Assembly (NCBI GenBank): GCA_021414225.1
Contig: JAIOOX010000004.1
Location: forward strand, 2,206-66,205
From: Candidatus Vogelbacteria bacterium
Lineage (GTDB): Bacteria; Patescibacteriota; Minisyncoccia; Phycocordibacterales; XYD1-FULL-46-19
DNA: 64,000 nucleotides
Direction of reading: 5' to 3'
Shown here: positions 51,447 to 61,845 of the stretch, one piece after another
Numbering within the stretch: the stretch's first letter is position 1
Layout of the letters: each line of letters begins with the position of its first letter
Made by a program: the position numbers and the translations under genes
The notes under the pieces: generated by a model
What the model saw: only the letters and a program-made list of their open reading frames with translations
Databases searched by the model: none
Told to the model about the DNA's origin: nothing

Positions 51447-51582
51447 ACTCGAAACTCCATATTGATTGTTGTGCCCTTTAGAGGCCCTCTGTCTTTCCAC
51501 CACCATAACTACCGCAAACATATTTGACTGTCAAACAAAAAAATCGAGCAACTGCTCGATTTTTTTGTTAAGTTTTTTTAAA

Positions 51583-52422
51583 TTAACTTCGTTTAGTTTT
51601 CTTGCGACGAGTAACTACGAATTTGTCGGAGTACTTCTTGGCTCGACGAGTCTTGCGTCCACCAGTTATTTTACCCCACTTGGTCTTCGGACGCTTGGTT
51701 CCGCGACCCTGACGGCCTTCACCACCACCATACGGGTGATCAACTGGGTTCATCGCACTACCACGCACGGTCGGACGGATACCTAACCAGCGAGAACGTC
51801 CAGCTTTACCAATAGTCACCAACTTACTCTCTTCGTTAGAGACAGTGCCAATTGACGCCCAGGCGTTTTCATTAATTTTACGAACTTCAGTCGACGGCAT
51901 TTTGATAGTGGTATAACCAGCATCATTACCAAGCACCTCAGAAAATGAACCAGCTGAACGAACTAAGCGAGCACCACCGCCTGGTTTGATTTCAATATTG
52001 TAAATAAAAGTACCAACGGTAATGTTTTTCAGAGGTAGACGATTACCAGCTTTGATCTCGGCCTTATCAGAAGTCAAAATTTCATCTCCTGGTTTAACAT
52101 TTTTAGGTAATAAAACATAACGTCTTTCACCATCTCGATAGCAAACCAACCCAATAAAACCAGAACGATTTGGATCATATTCCACTGTTTCCACTTTTGC
52201 TGGAATATCTTTTTTATCAAAAACAAAGTCTACTGCCCGGTAAAGACGTTTGTGACCACCCCCCTTGTGACGAACAGTAATCCGGCCAGCATTATTTCGT
52301 CCAACATGACGCTTACCACCAACTGTTAATGGTTTATGTGGTTCACTAGCAGTCAACACTCCACGATAAGTAACCGTGGTCATGTGACGTCGTGATGGAG
52401 TTGTTGGAGCGTATTTTTTCAT
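51583..52422 (-). CDS. rplB: 50S ribosomal protein L2
   Basis: Sequence and synteny. Confidence 0.9.
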   Translation of the reverse strand: MKKYAPTTPSRRHMTTVTYRGVLTASEPHKPLTVGGKRHVGRNNAGRITVRHKGGGHKRLYRAVDFVFDKKDIPAKVETVEYDPNRSGFIGLVCYRDGERRYVLLPKNVKPGDEILTSDKAEIKAGNRLPLKNITVGTFIYNIEIKPGGGARLVRSAGSFSEVLGNDAGYTTIKMPSTEVRKINENAWASIGTVSNEESKLVTIGKAGRSRWLGIRPTVRGSAMNPVDHPYGGGEGRQGRGTKRPKTKWGKITGGRKTRRAKKYSDKFVVTRRKKTKRS

Positions 52423-52446
52423 GATTAATAATTACTAGCTTAATTT

Positions 52447-52737
52447 TTAGACAAATTCAATACTATCGCCCTTCTTTAAAAAAACCAAAGCTTTTTTAAC
52501 TCCAGTTTTAGTGCCAATTTTACCCCGCACCAACACTTTACGACTAGGCAAATTAACAATATTAACCTTCACCGGAGTCACTTTGTAATAACTTTTAACT
52601 GCCTCCATGACCTGTTTTTTGTTAGCCGCTGGTGGAATTTCAAAAGTATAAACTAAGCCATTTTGACCAGAAGCCAAAACAGTCGCCTTTTCAGTTACTC
52701 GTGGTCTCTTTAGGATGTTAGCAATAATAGTAGTCAT
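52447..52737 (-). CDS. rplW: 50S ribosomal protein L23
   Basis: Sequence and synteny. Confidence 0.85.
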   Translation of the reverse strand: MTTIIANILKRPRVTEKATVLASGQNGLVYTFEIPPAANKKQVMEAVKSYYKVTPVKVNIVNLPSRKVLVRGKIGTKTGVKKALVFLKKGDSIEFV

Positions 52738-52745
52738 GATGTATT

Positions 52746-53405
52746 TTAAGCGCGAGCTGACAAAGCTTCAATGGTTTTAACTGGATCAGTAATCAACACA
52801 TATTTATAAGTTGCCAGAGTCAACGGGTTAATATTTCTAGCCTCTTCAACCACCACAGTCTTAATGTTGGCAAAGCTCTTTAGCATTGCCTCGTCTTTGG
52901 TTGGTGATACGATCAAAGCTCGTTTACCAGTTTTATAAACCAATTTTTCAAACCCAGCCAACTTAGACAAGTTACCTAAATCTTTAGTCGCTAATTTAGC
53001 TTCTGGTTTAGCAAAGATTAAAGGCTCAGTGAAAAGAACTTCCCCGTCTCGCAATTTAGCCGACAAAACAGTAAACAAAGCTTTGGTTTTCATTTTGCGG
53101 TTAATTTTTTTACTGTAGTCACGTTCTGATCGAGGACCGTGAGTAGTACCTCCACCAACCCAGATTGGTGAACGGCGAGAACCATGACGAGCTCGGCCGG
53201 TCCCCTTTTGTTTCCAAGGTTTTTTACCACCACCCCGGACTTCACTGCGATCTTTACTATTGGCATTGCCTTGGCGAGCATTGGAATTCATACTTTCAAT
53301 CACCTGATGAATTAAGTCATTGTTGATTTTCAAGCCAAAAAACTTCTCCGGTAATTTTACCGATCCAGACTCTTTTCCTTGTCGATTGTAGATTTTTGCT
53401 TCCAT
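52746..53405 (-). CDS. rplD: 50S ribosomal protein L4
   Basis: Sequence and synteny. Confidence 0.85.
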   Translation of the reverse strand: MEAKIYNRQGKESGSVKLPEKFFGLKINNDLIHQVIESMNSNARQGNANSKDRSEVRGGGKKPWKQKGTGRARHGSRRSPIWVGGGTTHGPRSERDYSKKINRKMKTKALFTVLSAKLRDGEVLFTEPLIFAKPEAKLATKDLGNLSKLAGFEKLVYKTGKRALIVSPTKDEAMLKSFANIKTVVVEEARNINPLTLATYKYVLITDPVKTIEALSARA

Positions 53406-53414
53406 GTTGTTATA

Positions 53415-54032
53415 TTATTTGGCCTTGATTTCCACCAAGGTACCACGGCGACCAGGAATAGCTCCACTAACTAAAATCTTGTTAGCGCCAGCGTCCACTT
53501 TAACGATTTCCAAATTCTTAACAGTGATCCGATCTGAACCCATTCGGCCCGCCATACGTTTACCTTTAAAGACTCGTTGCATACCACCAGCTCCAATAGA
53601 ACCAGGTTCACGTTCAGAGTGTTTTTGACCGTGAGTTCGAGGGCCACCATGGAAACCATGACGCTTAACCACACCTTGGAAACCCTTACCTTTAGATATA
53701 CCACTCACCTCTACCACGTCTCCTTCAGCAAAAACTGAAGCATCAATAGTTGTACCTAAAGTAGCATCGGTAGCCACCGCAAATTCTCGCAAATGAGCAA
53801 AACCAACTTCATTAGCTGAAGCTTTACTCACATGACCACGAACCGCCTTGGATACATTTTTACTTTTTTTAGAACCAAAGCCAACTTGAACACCATCATA
53901 TCCATCAACTGCTTTGGTTTTAAGTTGAGTCACAACAATAGGACCAGCATTAACAATAGTTGCCGGAATAGCCCGACCTTTATCGTCGTATATCTGGATC
54001 ATTGCTTCTTTTGTGCCGAGAATAAATTTCAT
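53415..54032 (-). CDS. rplC: 50S ribosomal protein L3
   Basis: Sequence and synteny. Confidence 0.9.
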   Translation of the reverse strand: MKFILGTKEAMIQIYDDKGRAIPATIVNAGPIVVTQLKTKAVDGYDGVQVGFGSKKSKNVSKAVRGHVSKASANEVGFAHLREFAVATDATLGTTIDASVFAEGDVVEVSGISKGKGFQGVVKRHGFHGGPRTHGQKHSEREPGSIGAGGMQRVFKGKRMAGRMGSDRITVKNLEIVKVDAGANKILVSGAIPGRRGTLVEIKAK

Positions 54033-54058
54033 AGTAGTAGTTACAGTAAGCTAGATCC

Positions 54059-54421
54059 TTACATCATTTTAACGTCAATATTAACACCTGACGGCAAGTT
54101 AAGATTGGTTAAACTCTCAATAATTTTTGGTGAAGGGTTCAAGATATCAATCAAACGCTTGTGAACTCTCATCTCAAATTGTTCTCGAGAATTTTTGTCG
54201 ATAAAACTGGAACGATTAACGGTATATTTTTTGATCTCAGTCGGCAAAGGAATCGGACCATTAACCTTACCGTCATAGCGAATAGCAGTATCAACAATCT
54301 GCTTAACAGAAGCATCTAACACTTTGTTTTCATAAGCTGACACTCTAATACGAAGTTTTTGAATCTCCATAGAGGGTGTCTTGGCCTTAGCAGTTTTAGT
54401 TGTTGATCCAGTAGTAGTCAT
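54059..54421 (-). CDS. rpsJ: 30S ribosomal protein S10 (possible 17-aa N-terminal extension; alternative start 54370)
   Basis: MEIQKLRIRVSAYENKVLD core. Confidence 0.85.
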   Translation of the reverse strand: MTTTGSTTKTAKAKTPSMEIQKLRIRVSAYENKVLDASVKQIVDTAIRYDGKVNGPIPLPTEIKKYTVNRSSFIDKNSREQFEMRVHKRLIDILNPSPKIIESLTNLNLPSGVNIDVKMM

Positions 54422-54449
54422 AGAGTTTTTAATATCCCGAGTGTTTTAT

Positions 54450-55655
54450 TTAGGCTACGATTTTAGTTACCACACCAGCTCCAACTGTCTTACCACCTTC
54501 ACGAATAGCAAAGCGGAATTGATCTTCCAAAGCAACCGGGGCTACCAATTTAACTTTGAATTTAACAGTGTCTCCAGGCATAACCATTTTCACATCGTCA
54601 TCCAAAGTTACTTCACCAGTAACATCGGTAGTTCGAACGTAAAATTGAGGTTTGTAACCAGTAAAGAATGGAGTGTGACGACCACCTTCTTCCTTCTTTA
54701 AGATGTAAACTTCAGCTTCGAAATCAGTGTGAGGAGTAACTGAACCTGGTTTAGCTAGAACTTGACCACGAGTGATGTCATCTTTCTTAAGACCGCGAAG
54801 TAGGATACCAGCGTTGTCTCCAGCCATACCCTCATCAAGTTGTTTGTTGAACATTTCAATACCAGTCACAGTAGTCTTAACAGTATCTTTCAAACCGACA
54901 ATTTCAATTTCTTCACCAACTTTGACCATACCGCGTTCGATACGACCAGTAACAACAGTACCACGACCTTCAATTGAGAAGATGTCTTCAACTGGCATCA
55001 AGAAAGGCTTTTCGATTTCTCGAACTGGTTGTGGGATATAAGAATCAACAGTATCCATCAATTCCAATACTTTCTTAGCCCATTCATCTGAACCATCCTT
55101 AGATTCAAGGGCTTTTAGACCTGAACCACGGATAATTGGAGTGCCTTTACCATCAAAACCATTCTTTTCCAACAAATCTCGAACTTCTTCTTCTACCAAG
55201 TCAATCATTTCAGCATCATCAACCATATCAACCTTGTTTAGGAAAACGATCAATTTAGGTACACCTACTTGGCGAGCCAAAAGAACGTGTTCACGAGTTT
55301 GAGGCATCAAACCATCAGTAGCAGCTACCACCAAGATAGCACCATCCATTTGAGCGGCACCAGTAATCATGTTCTTGATGTAGTCGGCGTGACCTGGAGC
55401 ATCAATGTGAGCATAGTGACGATTAGCTGTCCAATATTCACTGTGGTGGAGAGCAATAGTGATCCCTCGGGCTTTTTCTTCAGGAGCGTTATCGATACCA
55501 TCAACACCCTCAACTCGGGCGCCATAGCCTTTGTCTTTATTAAGGTCTAATACATGCAAAATAGAAGCTGTTAAAGTGGTCTTACCGTGGTCGACGTGAC
55601 CAATAGTACCAATGTTAACGTGAGGCTTCGAACGATCAAATTTATCTGCGGCCAT
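54450..55655 (-). CDS. tuf: elongation factor Tu
   Basis: [28 protein letters not shown]. The internal ATG is preferred. Own promoter at 55800-55830 (minus strand: TTGACG-17-TATAGT). Confidence 0.9.
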   Translation of the reverse strand: MAADKFDRSKPHVNIGTIGHVDHGKTTLTASILHVLDLNKDKGYGARVEGVDGIDNAPEEKARGITIALHHSEYWTANRHYAHIDAPGHADYIKNMITGAAQMDGAILVVAATDGLMPQTREHVLLARQVGVPKLIVFLNKVDMVDDAEMIDLVEEEVRDLLEKNGFDGKGTPIIRGSGLKALESKDGSDEWAKKVLELMDTVDSYIPQPVREIEKPFLMPVEDIFSIEGRGTVVTGRIERGMVKVGEEIEIVGLKDTVKTTVTGIEMFNKQLDEGMAGDNAGILLRGLKKDDITRGQVLAKPGSVTPHTDFEAEVYILKKEEGGRHTPFFTGYKPQFYVRTTDVTGEVTLDDDVKMVMPGDTVKFKVKLVAPVALEDQFRFAIREGGKTVGAGVVTKIVA

Positions 55656-55947
55656 ACGAAAATTATTATAATTTGTACCAGTTTTTACGCTTCCAATAAG
55701 CGCCCCACTGGCCTCCAGATCCTGCCGACTGACAGAATCCAAAGCTATTAATATAGTTGACTAAATAAAAAACACGCGGGATGCGTAACGACTATACTAA
55801 ACAAAAAACGGCTAGCCGTCAACCCTAAACCACCCTATAAGGGTTTTCCTCTACAAACAGACCTAAAACTGAAGCAAATCTACCTCTTATTTTACACCCC
55901 AAACCCCGTTACTTAGCCCCTTAAACACAAACCTAATGAGGACTTTT

Positions 55948-57150
55948 TTACTTAGTTTTTACCGCTTTAACCTTAGGAGCGGCTGCGGCAATACATCTAG
56001 TTTTTATCCTATTTTCACAAGTGGTGTAGTTTGAGGTACAACGAGCAAGCAAAGTAGTCGTCTTAGTACTAAAAGCTGTCTCACAGGTAGCTTGTTTAGC
56101 TACCTGTTTCGCTAAACAAGTTTTAGCGGTATTAAGATCTCTCTCTTGAGAGACTTTGGCCGAAAGCTGACATAGACCAAATCTAGTCTGACAACGAAGG
56201 TTTTTAGCAGCAATATTGGTAGATAGACAAGTAGTTAAGTTTGTCTGACATTTAACCAAGTAGGTGGCACTTCTAGTCTCATAGCGCTTACAGTTAGCGG
56301 CAGCGGTATCAAATTTAGCCTGACAGGTGTTCACTAAGGCTTTAACCTTTCCAATACAAGTTGTTTCTTGATTATTACAGGTCACAATATTTTTTTCTAC
56401 ACAAGCGGTCACCTTAGGATCTGTTGGCACCACCACGACCGGTGGAGTACCGTCGCCAGTTGTCGAAGTAGCTGTATCATTAGAATCTGAAGTAGTTGTG
56501 CCGGTGGAATTGTCATTTGAATCAGTATTATCAGTACCATCATTGGTAGTAGTACCTGTATTACCATCCCCAGAACCAGTCGAGTCACCACCCGTGTCCC
56601 CAGTCGTGTCTGTGTTAGGGTCTTGATTGTCACCATTATCGCCAGTGTCATCGGTGGTTGGAGGAATAGTTACTGGTTGCAGAAGACCTCGTAAACGTAA
56701 CAAGTCAGCAAAAGTACCTTGTAGTTCCAGTCTAGAAACCCCCAAGCTGGATGTGGCCTTATTCATCAAACCCTCTAAATACAAGGTAGTTAAGATGCTA
56801 TTTTGTTTAGACCGAAAGGCTAAAATAGCGGCGGTTGTATAGTCCTCATTTTGGTAAGACTGCACCGCTCGATCAAGTAAAGCTTTGGAAACCTCCAACT
56901 TGCCCGAGATTTCACCTAAAGACACCTCCATTACTACGCCAGAATTAATTGGAAGAGAACCCTGTTGTTGGATCTCACTTAATTTCAAATCAATTAAAGT
57001 CATTGTGCTTTCAGCTTCTTTAATTAATTTGTAAGCTTGCTCACTAGCCAAAGTAGCCTGTTGAGCATAAACAACCACCTGACTCGGTATTAAAATCGAC
57101 ACAAAAACCAAACCGGCCATTAGAAAACTAGAGAAAATATGTTTCATCAT
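55948..57150 (-). CDS. secreted low-complexity, Cys-rich protein
   Basis: Signal peptide. Asp/Thr/Gly/Asn-rich spacer. A C-terminal domain with about 16 Cys at regular 7-10-aa spacing. Confidence 0.5.
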   Translation of the reverse strand: MMKHIFSSFLMAGLVFVSILIPSQVVVYAQQATLASEQAYKLIKEAESTMTLIDLKLSEIQQQGSLPINSGVVMEVSLGEISGKLEVSKALLDRAVQSYQNEDYTTAAILAFRSKQNSILTTLYLEGLMNKATSSLGVSRLELQGTFADLLRLRGLLQPVTIPPTTDDTGDNGDNQDPNTDTTGDTGGDSTGSGDGNTGTTTNDGTDNTDSNDNSTGTTTSDSNDTATSTTGDGTPPVVVVPTDPKVTACVEKNIVTCNNQETTCIGKVKALVNTCQAKFDTAAANCKRYETRSATYLVKCQTNLTTCLSTNIAAKNLRCQTRFGLCQLSAKVSQERDLNTAKTCLAKQVAKQATCETAFSTKTTTLLARCTSNYTTCENRIKTRCIAAAAPKVKAVKTK

Positions 57151-57278
57151 AAAATTTAAAATATTAAAGAGTCTATCTCCATGTCTAAATTATAACACCG
57201 ATTGGTCGCATAAAAAAATAAACCCCTGTGGAATAAGAACCACCGGGGTTTATTTAGTTAAGAAAAGATAATTCTAAA

Positions 57279-59420
57279 TTATTTTCTACCTTCAATGATA
57301 GTCTGCGCTACGTTTGTTGGAATAATTGCGTATTCAGCAAATTCCATTGCAAAAGTACCACGACCTTCAGTCATAGAGCGTAAATTGGTCACATAACCAA
57401 ACATTTCTGACATTGGTACTTTAGCTCGAATAACTTTTAAGTTACCTCGATCTTCCATACTTTCGATTTGGCCACGCTTAGATGATAAGTTTCCAGTAAT
57501 ATCTCCCATGAATTTTTCTGGGACCACCACTTCCACCTTCATGACTGGCTCTAGCAAAACTGGTTTAGCTCTTTTAGCGGCATCTTGTAGCGCCATCGAA
57601 CCAGCCATTTTGAAGGCCATTTCTGAAGAGTCCACATCGTGATAAGAACCATCGTAAAGCTCAACGGAAACGTCCACCAACTTGAAGCCCGCTTGGACTC
57701 CCCGCTCCAAACCTTCACGAATACCTTTTTCTACCGGCGTAATAAATTCTTGAGGAATAGCACCACCTTTAATCGAGTTAATAAATTCAAAATCAGCCTC
57801 TCGAGTAGTGTTTTTAGGTGCATCTTCAATCTTCAAAGTCTTATCAAGTGGTTTAATTCGAATCCGAACGTGACCATATTGACCCTTACCTCCAGATTGT
57901 TTGATGTACTTACCTTCTGCTTCTGATTCACCAGTAATAGTCTCTTTGTAGGCTACTTGTGGTTTACCAACATTAGCTTCCACATTAAACTCTCGCTTCA
58001 TACGATCAACGATAATTTCTAGGTGCAGTTCACCCATTCCAGCAATCAGAGTTTCCGCTGTTTCTTGATCAGTCTTCACTTTGAAAGTTGGATCCTCGTC
58101 AGATAGTTTCTTAAGAGCCATACCCATCTTTTCTTGATCGGCTTTAGTTTTTGGCTCAATCTTCATAGACACAACCGGTTCTGGGAACTCAATTTTATCC
58201 AAAATAATTGGACTGGTTTCATCACACAAAGTGTGAGAAGTTTTAGTATTTTTCAAACCAACAACAGCAGCAATTTCTCCAGCATAAACATTTTCTACTT
58301 CTTCTCGATGGTTAGCGTGCATTCTAACTACCCGACCGATTCGTTCTCTATCACCAGTCGTTGAATTGTAAACATAAGAGCCAGCCGACAAAACACCTGA
58401 ATATACTCGGACGTAAGTTAACTGACCAACAAAGGGGTCACTTTGGAGTTTAAAAGCTAAAGCTGCCAATGGCTCTTGATCAGAAGAGTGACGAACAATT
58501 TCTTCGTCGGTTTTTGGATCAACTCCTTTAACTGGTGGAATATCTAATGGTGACGGTAAATAATCAACCACCCCATCGAGTACTAATTGCACTCCTTTGT
58601 TTCGGAGAGCGGAACCACAGAAAACTGGCACCAAAGCCACTTTCAAAGTAGCCTCACGTAAAACTCGTTTCAAATCATCAAAACTAATTTCCTTACCCTC
58701 TAGGTAGTCATTCATCAACTTTTCATCCTGTTCAGCGATTTTTTCTACCAAAATAGCTCGATATTTCTCAGCCTCAGCTTGAAACTCTGCCGGAATTTCG
58801 GCTTCAATAATTTTCATACCCATATCCCCTTCAAAGGTATATGATTTCATTCTAAGTAGATCAATCACTCCGTTATGAGCATCATCTTCACCCAAAGGAA
58901 TTTGGACTCGAACAGCATTCTTGGTCAATCGGTCAATAATCGAATTGAAAGACTTAGTAAAAGAAGCACCCATACGATCCATCTTGTTTATAAAACAGAT
59001 TCGAGGGACATTGTATTTATCAGCTTGACGCCAAACAGTTTCTGATTGTGGTTCTACTCCAGCCACTCCATCAAACACCACCACTCCGCCATCCAAAACT
59101 TTCAGACTTCTCTCTACTTCCGCTGTAAAATCCACGTGACCAGGAGTATCAATAATATTTACTCGGTGTTTTTTTGATTCATCACCAACGGCATAGGTTG
59201 GAGTCCAAAAAGCCGTAGTGGCAGCTGAAGTAATAGTAATACCTCTTTCTCGTTCTTGTTCCATCCAGTCCATAGTCGCTTCTCCTTCGTGTACTTCACC
59301 AATTTTGTGAGAAACACCTGTATAGTACAAAACACGCTCTGAAGTAGTAGTCTTACCAGCGTCAATGTGGGCAATAATTCCAATATTACGAACCTTCTCT
59401 AGTGGATAGTCGCGAGACAT
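57279..59420 (-). CDS. fusA: elongation factor G
   Basis: [10 protein letters not shown]-domain, 713 aa. Confidence 0.9.
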   Translation of the reverse strand: MSRDYPLEKVRNIGIIAHIDAGKTTTSERVLYYTGVSHKIGEVHEGEATMDWMEQERERGITITSAATTAFWTPTYAVGDESKKHRVNIIDTPGHVDFTAEVERSLKVLDGGVVVFDGVAGVEPQSETVWRQADKYNVPRICFINKMDRMGASFTKSFNSIIDRLTKNAVRVQIPLGEDDAHNGVIDLLRMKSYTFEGDMGMKIIEAEIPAEFQAEAEKYRAILVEKIAEQDEKLMNDYLEGKEISFDDLKRVLREATLKVALVPVFCGSALRNKGVQLVLDGVVDYLPSPLDIPPVKGVDPKTDEEIVRHSSDQEPLAALAFKLQSDPFVGQLTYVRVYSGVLSAGSYVYNSTTGDRERIGRVVRMHANHREEVENVYAGEIAAVVGLKNTKTSHTLCDETSPIILDKIEFPEPVVSMKIEPKTKADQEKMGMALKKLSDEDPTFKVKTDQETAETLIAGMGELHLEIIVDRMKREFNVEANVGKPQVAYKETITGESEAEGKYIKQSGGKGQYGHVRIRIKPLDKTLKIEDAPKNTTREADFEFINSIKGGAIPQEFITPVEKGIREGLERGVQAGFKLVDVSVELYDGSYHDVDSSEMAFKMAGSMALQDAAKRAKPVLLEPVMKVEVVVPEKFMGDITGNLSSKRGQIESMEDRGNLKVIRAKVPMSEMFGYVTNLRSMTEGRGTFAMEFAEYAIIPTNVAQTIIEGRK

Positions 59421-59492
59421 AAAAAATAAAATTAAAAACTAATATAACCAGACCAAAAAACTTAATAAAATTATAACACCAACCTAAGAGAT

Positions 59493-59972
59493 TTAGCCTC
59501 GATTAGCCCAAGCAAAGTGAGCAAAAGCTCGGTTTGCTTCAGCCATCTTGTGAACATTCTCTCTCTTCTTCACCGCCTCACCTTCGTTGTTGAAAGCAGA
59601 CACTAATTCGTTAGCTAGACGCTGACTCATTGGTGAACCTTTTTTAGTTTTAGCGGCTTCAATAATCCAACGTAAAGATAAAGCCAAGCGACGTTCTGGA
59701 CGAACTTCGTGAGGCACTTGATAGTTAGCACCACCAATTCTCTTAGATCGAACTTCCATTTGTGGAGCAACATTCTTCAAAGCAGATTCAAAAATCTCCA
59801 CTGGTGAAGTTTTTAGTTTTTCTTCTACATGTTTGAAAGCATCATAAACCACTTTGCGAGCGGTATTCTTTTTACCTTCTTGCATAATATAGTTAATCAG
59901 CTTCTCAACGTTAGTTGAGTTGTACATCAAATCTGGCTTTAAATCTCTTTTGTAGTTAACTTTACGTCTCAT
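59493..59972 (-). CDS. rpsG: 30S ribosomal protein S7
   Basis: Sequence and synteny. Confidence 0.9.
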   Translation of the reverse strand: MRRKVNYKRDLKPDLMYNSTNVEKLINYIMQEGKKNTARKVVYDAFKHVEEKLKTSPVEIFESALKNVAPQMEVRSKRIGGANYQVPHEVRPERRLALSLRWIIEAAKTKKGSPMSQRLANELVSAFNNEGEAVKKRENVHKMAEANRAFAHFAWANRG

Positions 59973-59986
59973 TTTATTAGAAAATA

Positions 59987-60406
59987 TTATTTAGCCGCTT
60001 TTGGTCGCTTGTTACCATACAAACTACGACTTTGACGACGCTTGTCAACACCAGCCGCATCGAGAACACCACGAACAATGTGATAACGAACACCCGGCAA
60101 GTCTTTAACACGACCACCACGAATCATAACCACAGAGTGTTCTTGCAAATTGTGACCTTCACCAGGAATATAAGCAGTCACTTCCATACCATTAGTTAGG
60201 CGCACACGAGCAATTTTACGTAAAGCCGAGTTTGGTTTCTTAGGAGTAGTAGTTTTAACCAACAAACAAACCCCTCGCTTAAATGGTGATGGGTAAAAAA
60301 CAGGCTTGTTTTTAAGCGTGTTAAAACCACGAGACATCGCGATTGATTTAGTCTTTCTTTTAACCTCTTTTCGAGGTTTTCGGATCAGCTGATTGATTGT
60401 TGGCAT
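59987..60406 (-). CDS. rpsL: 30S ribosomal protein S12
   Basis: [10 protein letters not shown]...[10 protein letters not shown]. Confidence 0.9.
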   Translation of the reverse strand: MPTINQLIRKPRKEVKRKTKSIAMSRGFNTLKNKPVFYPSPFKRGVCLLVKTTTPKKPNSALRKIARVRLTNGMEVTAYIPGEGHNLQEHSVVMIRGGRVKDLPGVRYHIVRGVLDAAGVDKRRQSRSLYGNKRPKAAK

Positions 60407-60468
60407 AACGGGAACACTTTAATACATTATCGCTCAAAATGCAACTTTATAGTGCCCAAGTAAGCACC

Positions 60469-61089
60469 CTAACCCAATAACCCGCCGGTCAACAGTTTGA
60501 ATAACACCGAGACTAGGGGTGAAATAAGTGCACTAGCCCCAAATAAAACCACCAAAATGATCAAAATCTGATTGCTAGCCAATAAGTTTTCAATATAACG
60601 CCATTTGTAAGGCAAGATCGCAAATAGGATTTTGGAACCGTCTAGCGGTGGGACCGGGATTAAATTGAATAAAGCCAAGACAATGTTCATCATTACCACT
60701 GAACCAGAAATAGAAATAACCGCTGGAGACAACCCTAAAACAAGACTATTTTGAATAATTAAACCAAAAATAACCGCTATAAATAGATTGGAAGCTGGCC
60801 CCGCTGCCGCAACCAAGGCGGGGCCCCAGTTACCAGCTCGAAGATTATAAGGATTGAAAGGTACCGGCTTGGCCCAACCAAAAATGAGACCACCTGGTAA
60901 TAAGCTTAGTAGTAAAGGTAATATAATAGAGCCCAAAGGATCAATATGAGGTATAGGGTTAAGAGTCAGACGACCAGCCAGTTTGGCTGTCTGGTCACCT
61001 AAAAACAAAGCCATATAACCATGAGCCACCTCGTGAATGACCACTGACATGATTAAAATCAGGACAAAAAAGATAGTATCAATAGACAT
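60469..61089 (-). CDS. site-2-protease-family (M50) membrane metalloprotease
   Basis: HEVAHG HExxH motif within a TM helix. LNPIPHIDPLG motif. Confidence 0.65.
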   Translation of the reverse strand: MSIDTIFFVLILIMSVVIHEVAHGYMALFLGDQTAKLAGRLTLNPIPHIDPLGSIILPLLLSLLPGGLIFGWAKPVPFNPYNLRAGNWGPALVAAAGPASNLFIAVIFGLIIQNSLVLGLSPAVISISGSVVMMNIVLALFNLIPVPPLDGSKILFAILPYKWRYIENLLASNQILIILVVLFGASALISPLVSVLFKLLTGGLLG

Positions 61090-61177
61090 GGTGAATTATT
61101 TACTTAGACTTAGGGTTTACAGATAAGCTCCTGCATGATAACATAACGGAGCGTTATTTTTAAACATTTTCACTATT

Positions 61178-61387
61178 ATGAAAGCTTGCCCATTATGTAA
61201 TAAAGGTACCCAGATGGTCGGAGGTTACTCCAACCGTATTCGTGCTACCAAATACAACCAAACTGGCAAAAACCGCAAGTATCCCAACCTCCAATGGGCG
61301 CCTCTAGCCGCTGGTGGACGTCTAAAAATCTGTACTTCTTGTCTTAAAAAAGGTAAACACTTAACTGACATTCAGACTGTAATTTAA
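61178..61387 (+). CDS. rpmB: 50S ribosomal protein L28 (Cys4 type)
   Basis: CPLCNKG...S...TK...PNLQ...CTSC fits the L28 pattern. A terminator follows at 61421-61445. Confidence 0.7.
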   Translation: MKACPLCNKGTQMVGGYSNRIRATKYNQTGKNRKYPNLQWAPLAAGGRLKICTSCLKKGKHLTDIQTVI

Positions 61388-61542
61388 AAACCAAATAAGC
61401 CTGTCCCCATAAAATCCCCGATCTAGGGGATTTTATTTTTGTAGTTTAAATCTTTTGTGTTAGCGTTTAATCAGTCCAGCTCTTTGACGTGATAATAAGA
61501 GCGGTTTACATATAAAACTCCAACCAAGAAAGGCGGAACGCC

Positions 61543-61845
61543 ATGTCGCCAGCAGATAGCTTCAATGACCAGTTTCACCGAATCTTGGTGAAACTTCCCA
61601 ATCCCCATCGAGTATTGGTCGTAATGTTCCTGGCCCGTAGTCAGGTCAATTTTACCATTGAAAATGAATGTCGCCTGATTGTTGATGTTTTCATCAACTT
61701 TTTAGTTGAAAACTACCCAACAAACCAGGACTTGGTCCAGACCTTACAAGAAGCCTGGCTCAAGTGGTGCAACAAACCTATTAACCCTAACGAAATAGTA
61801 TTCCGACACACACCGGAACTCTGGGAGACTGACCATGATGAATAA
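61543..61845 (+). CDS. hypothetical protein, translationally coupled to the DnaA-like gene
   Basis: 100 aa. Promoter-like TTGACG-17-TACATA and an RBS upstream. Its stop overlaps the start of the next ORF. Confidence 0.4.
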   Translation: MSPADSFNDQFHRILVKLPNPHRVLVVMFLARSQVNFTIENECRLIVDVFINFLVENYPTNQDLVQTLQEAWLKWCNKPINPNEIVFRHTPELWETDHDE

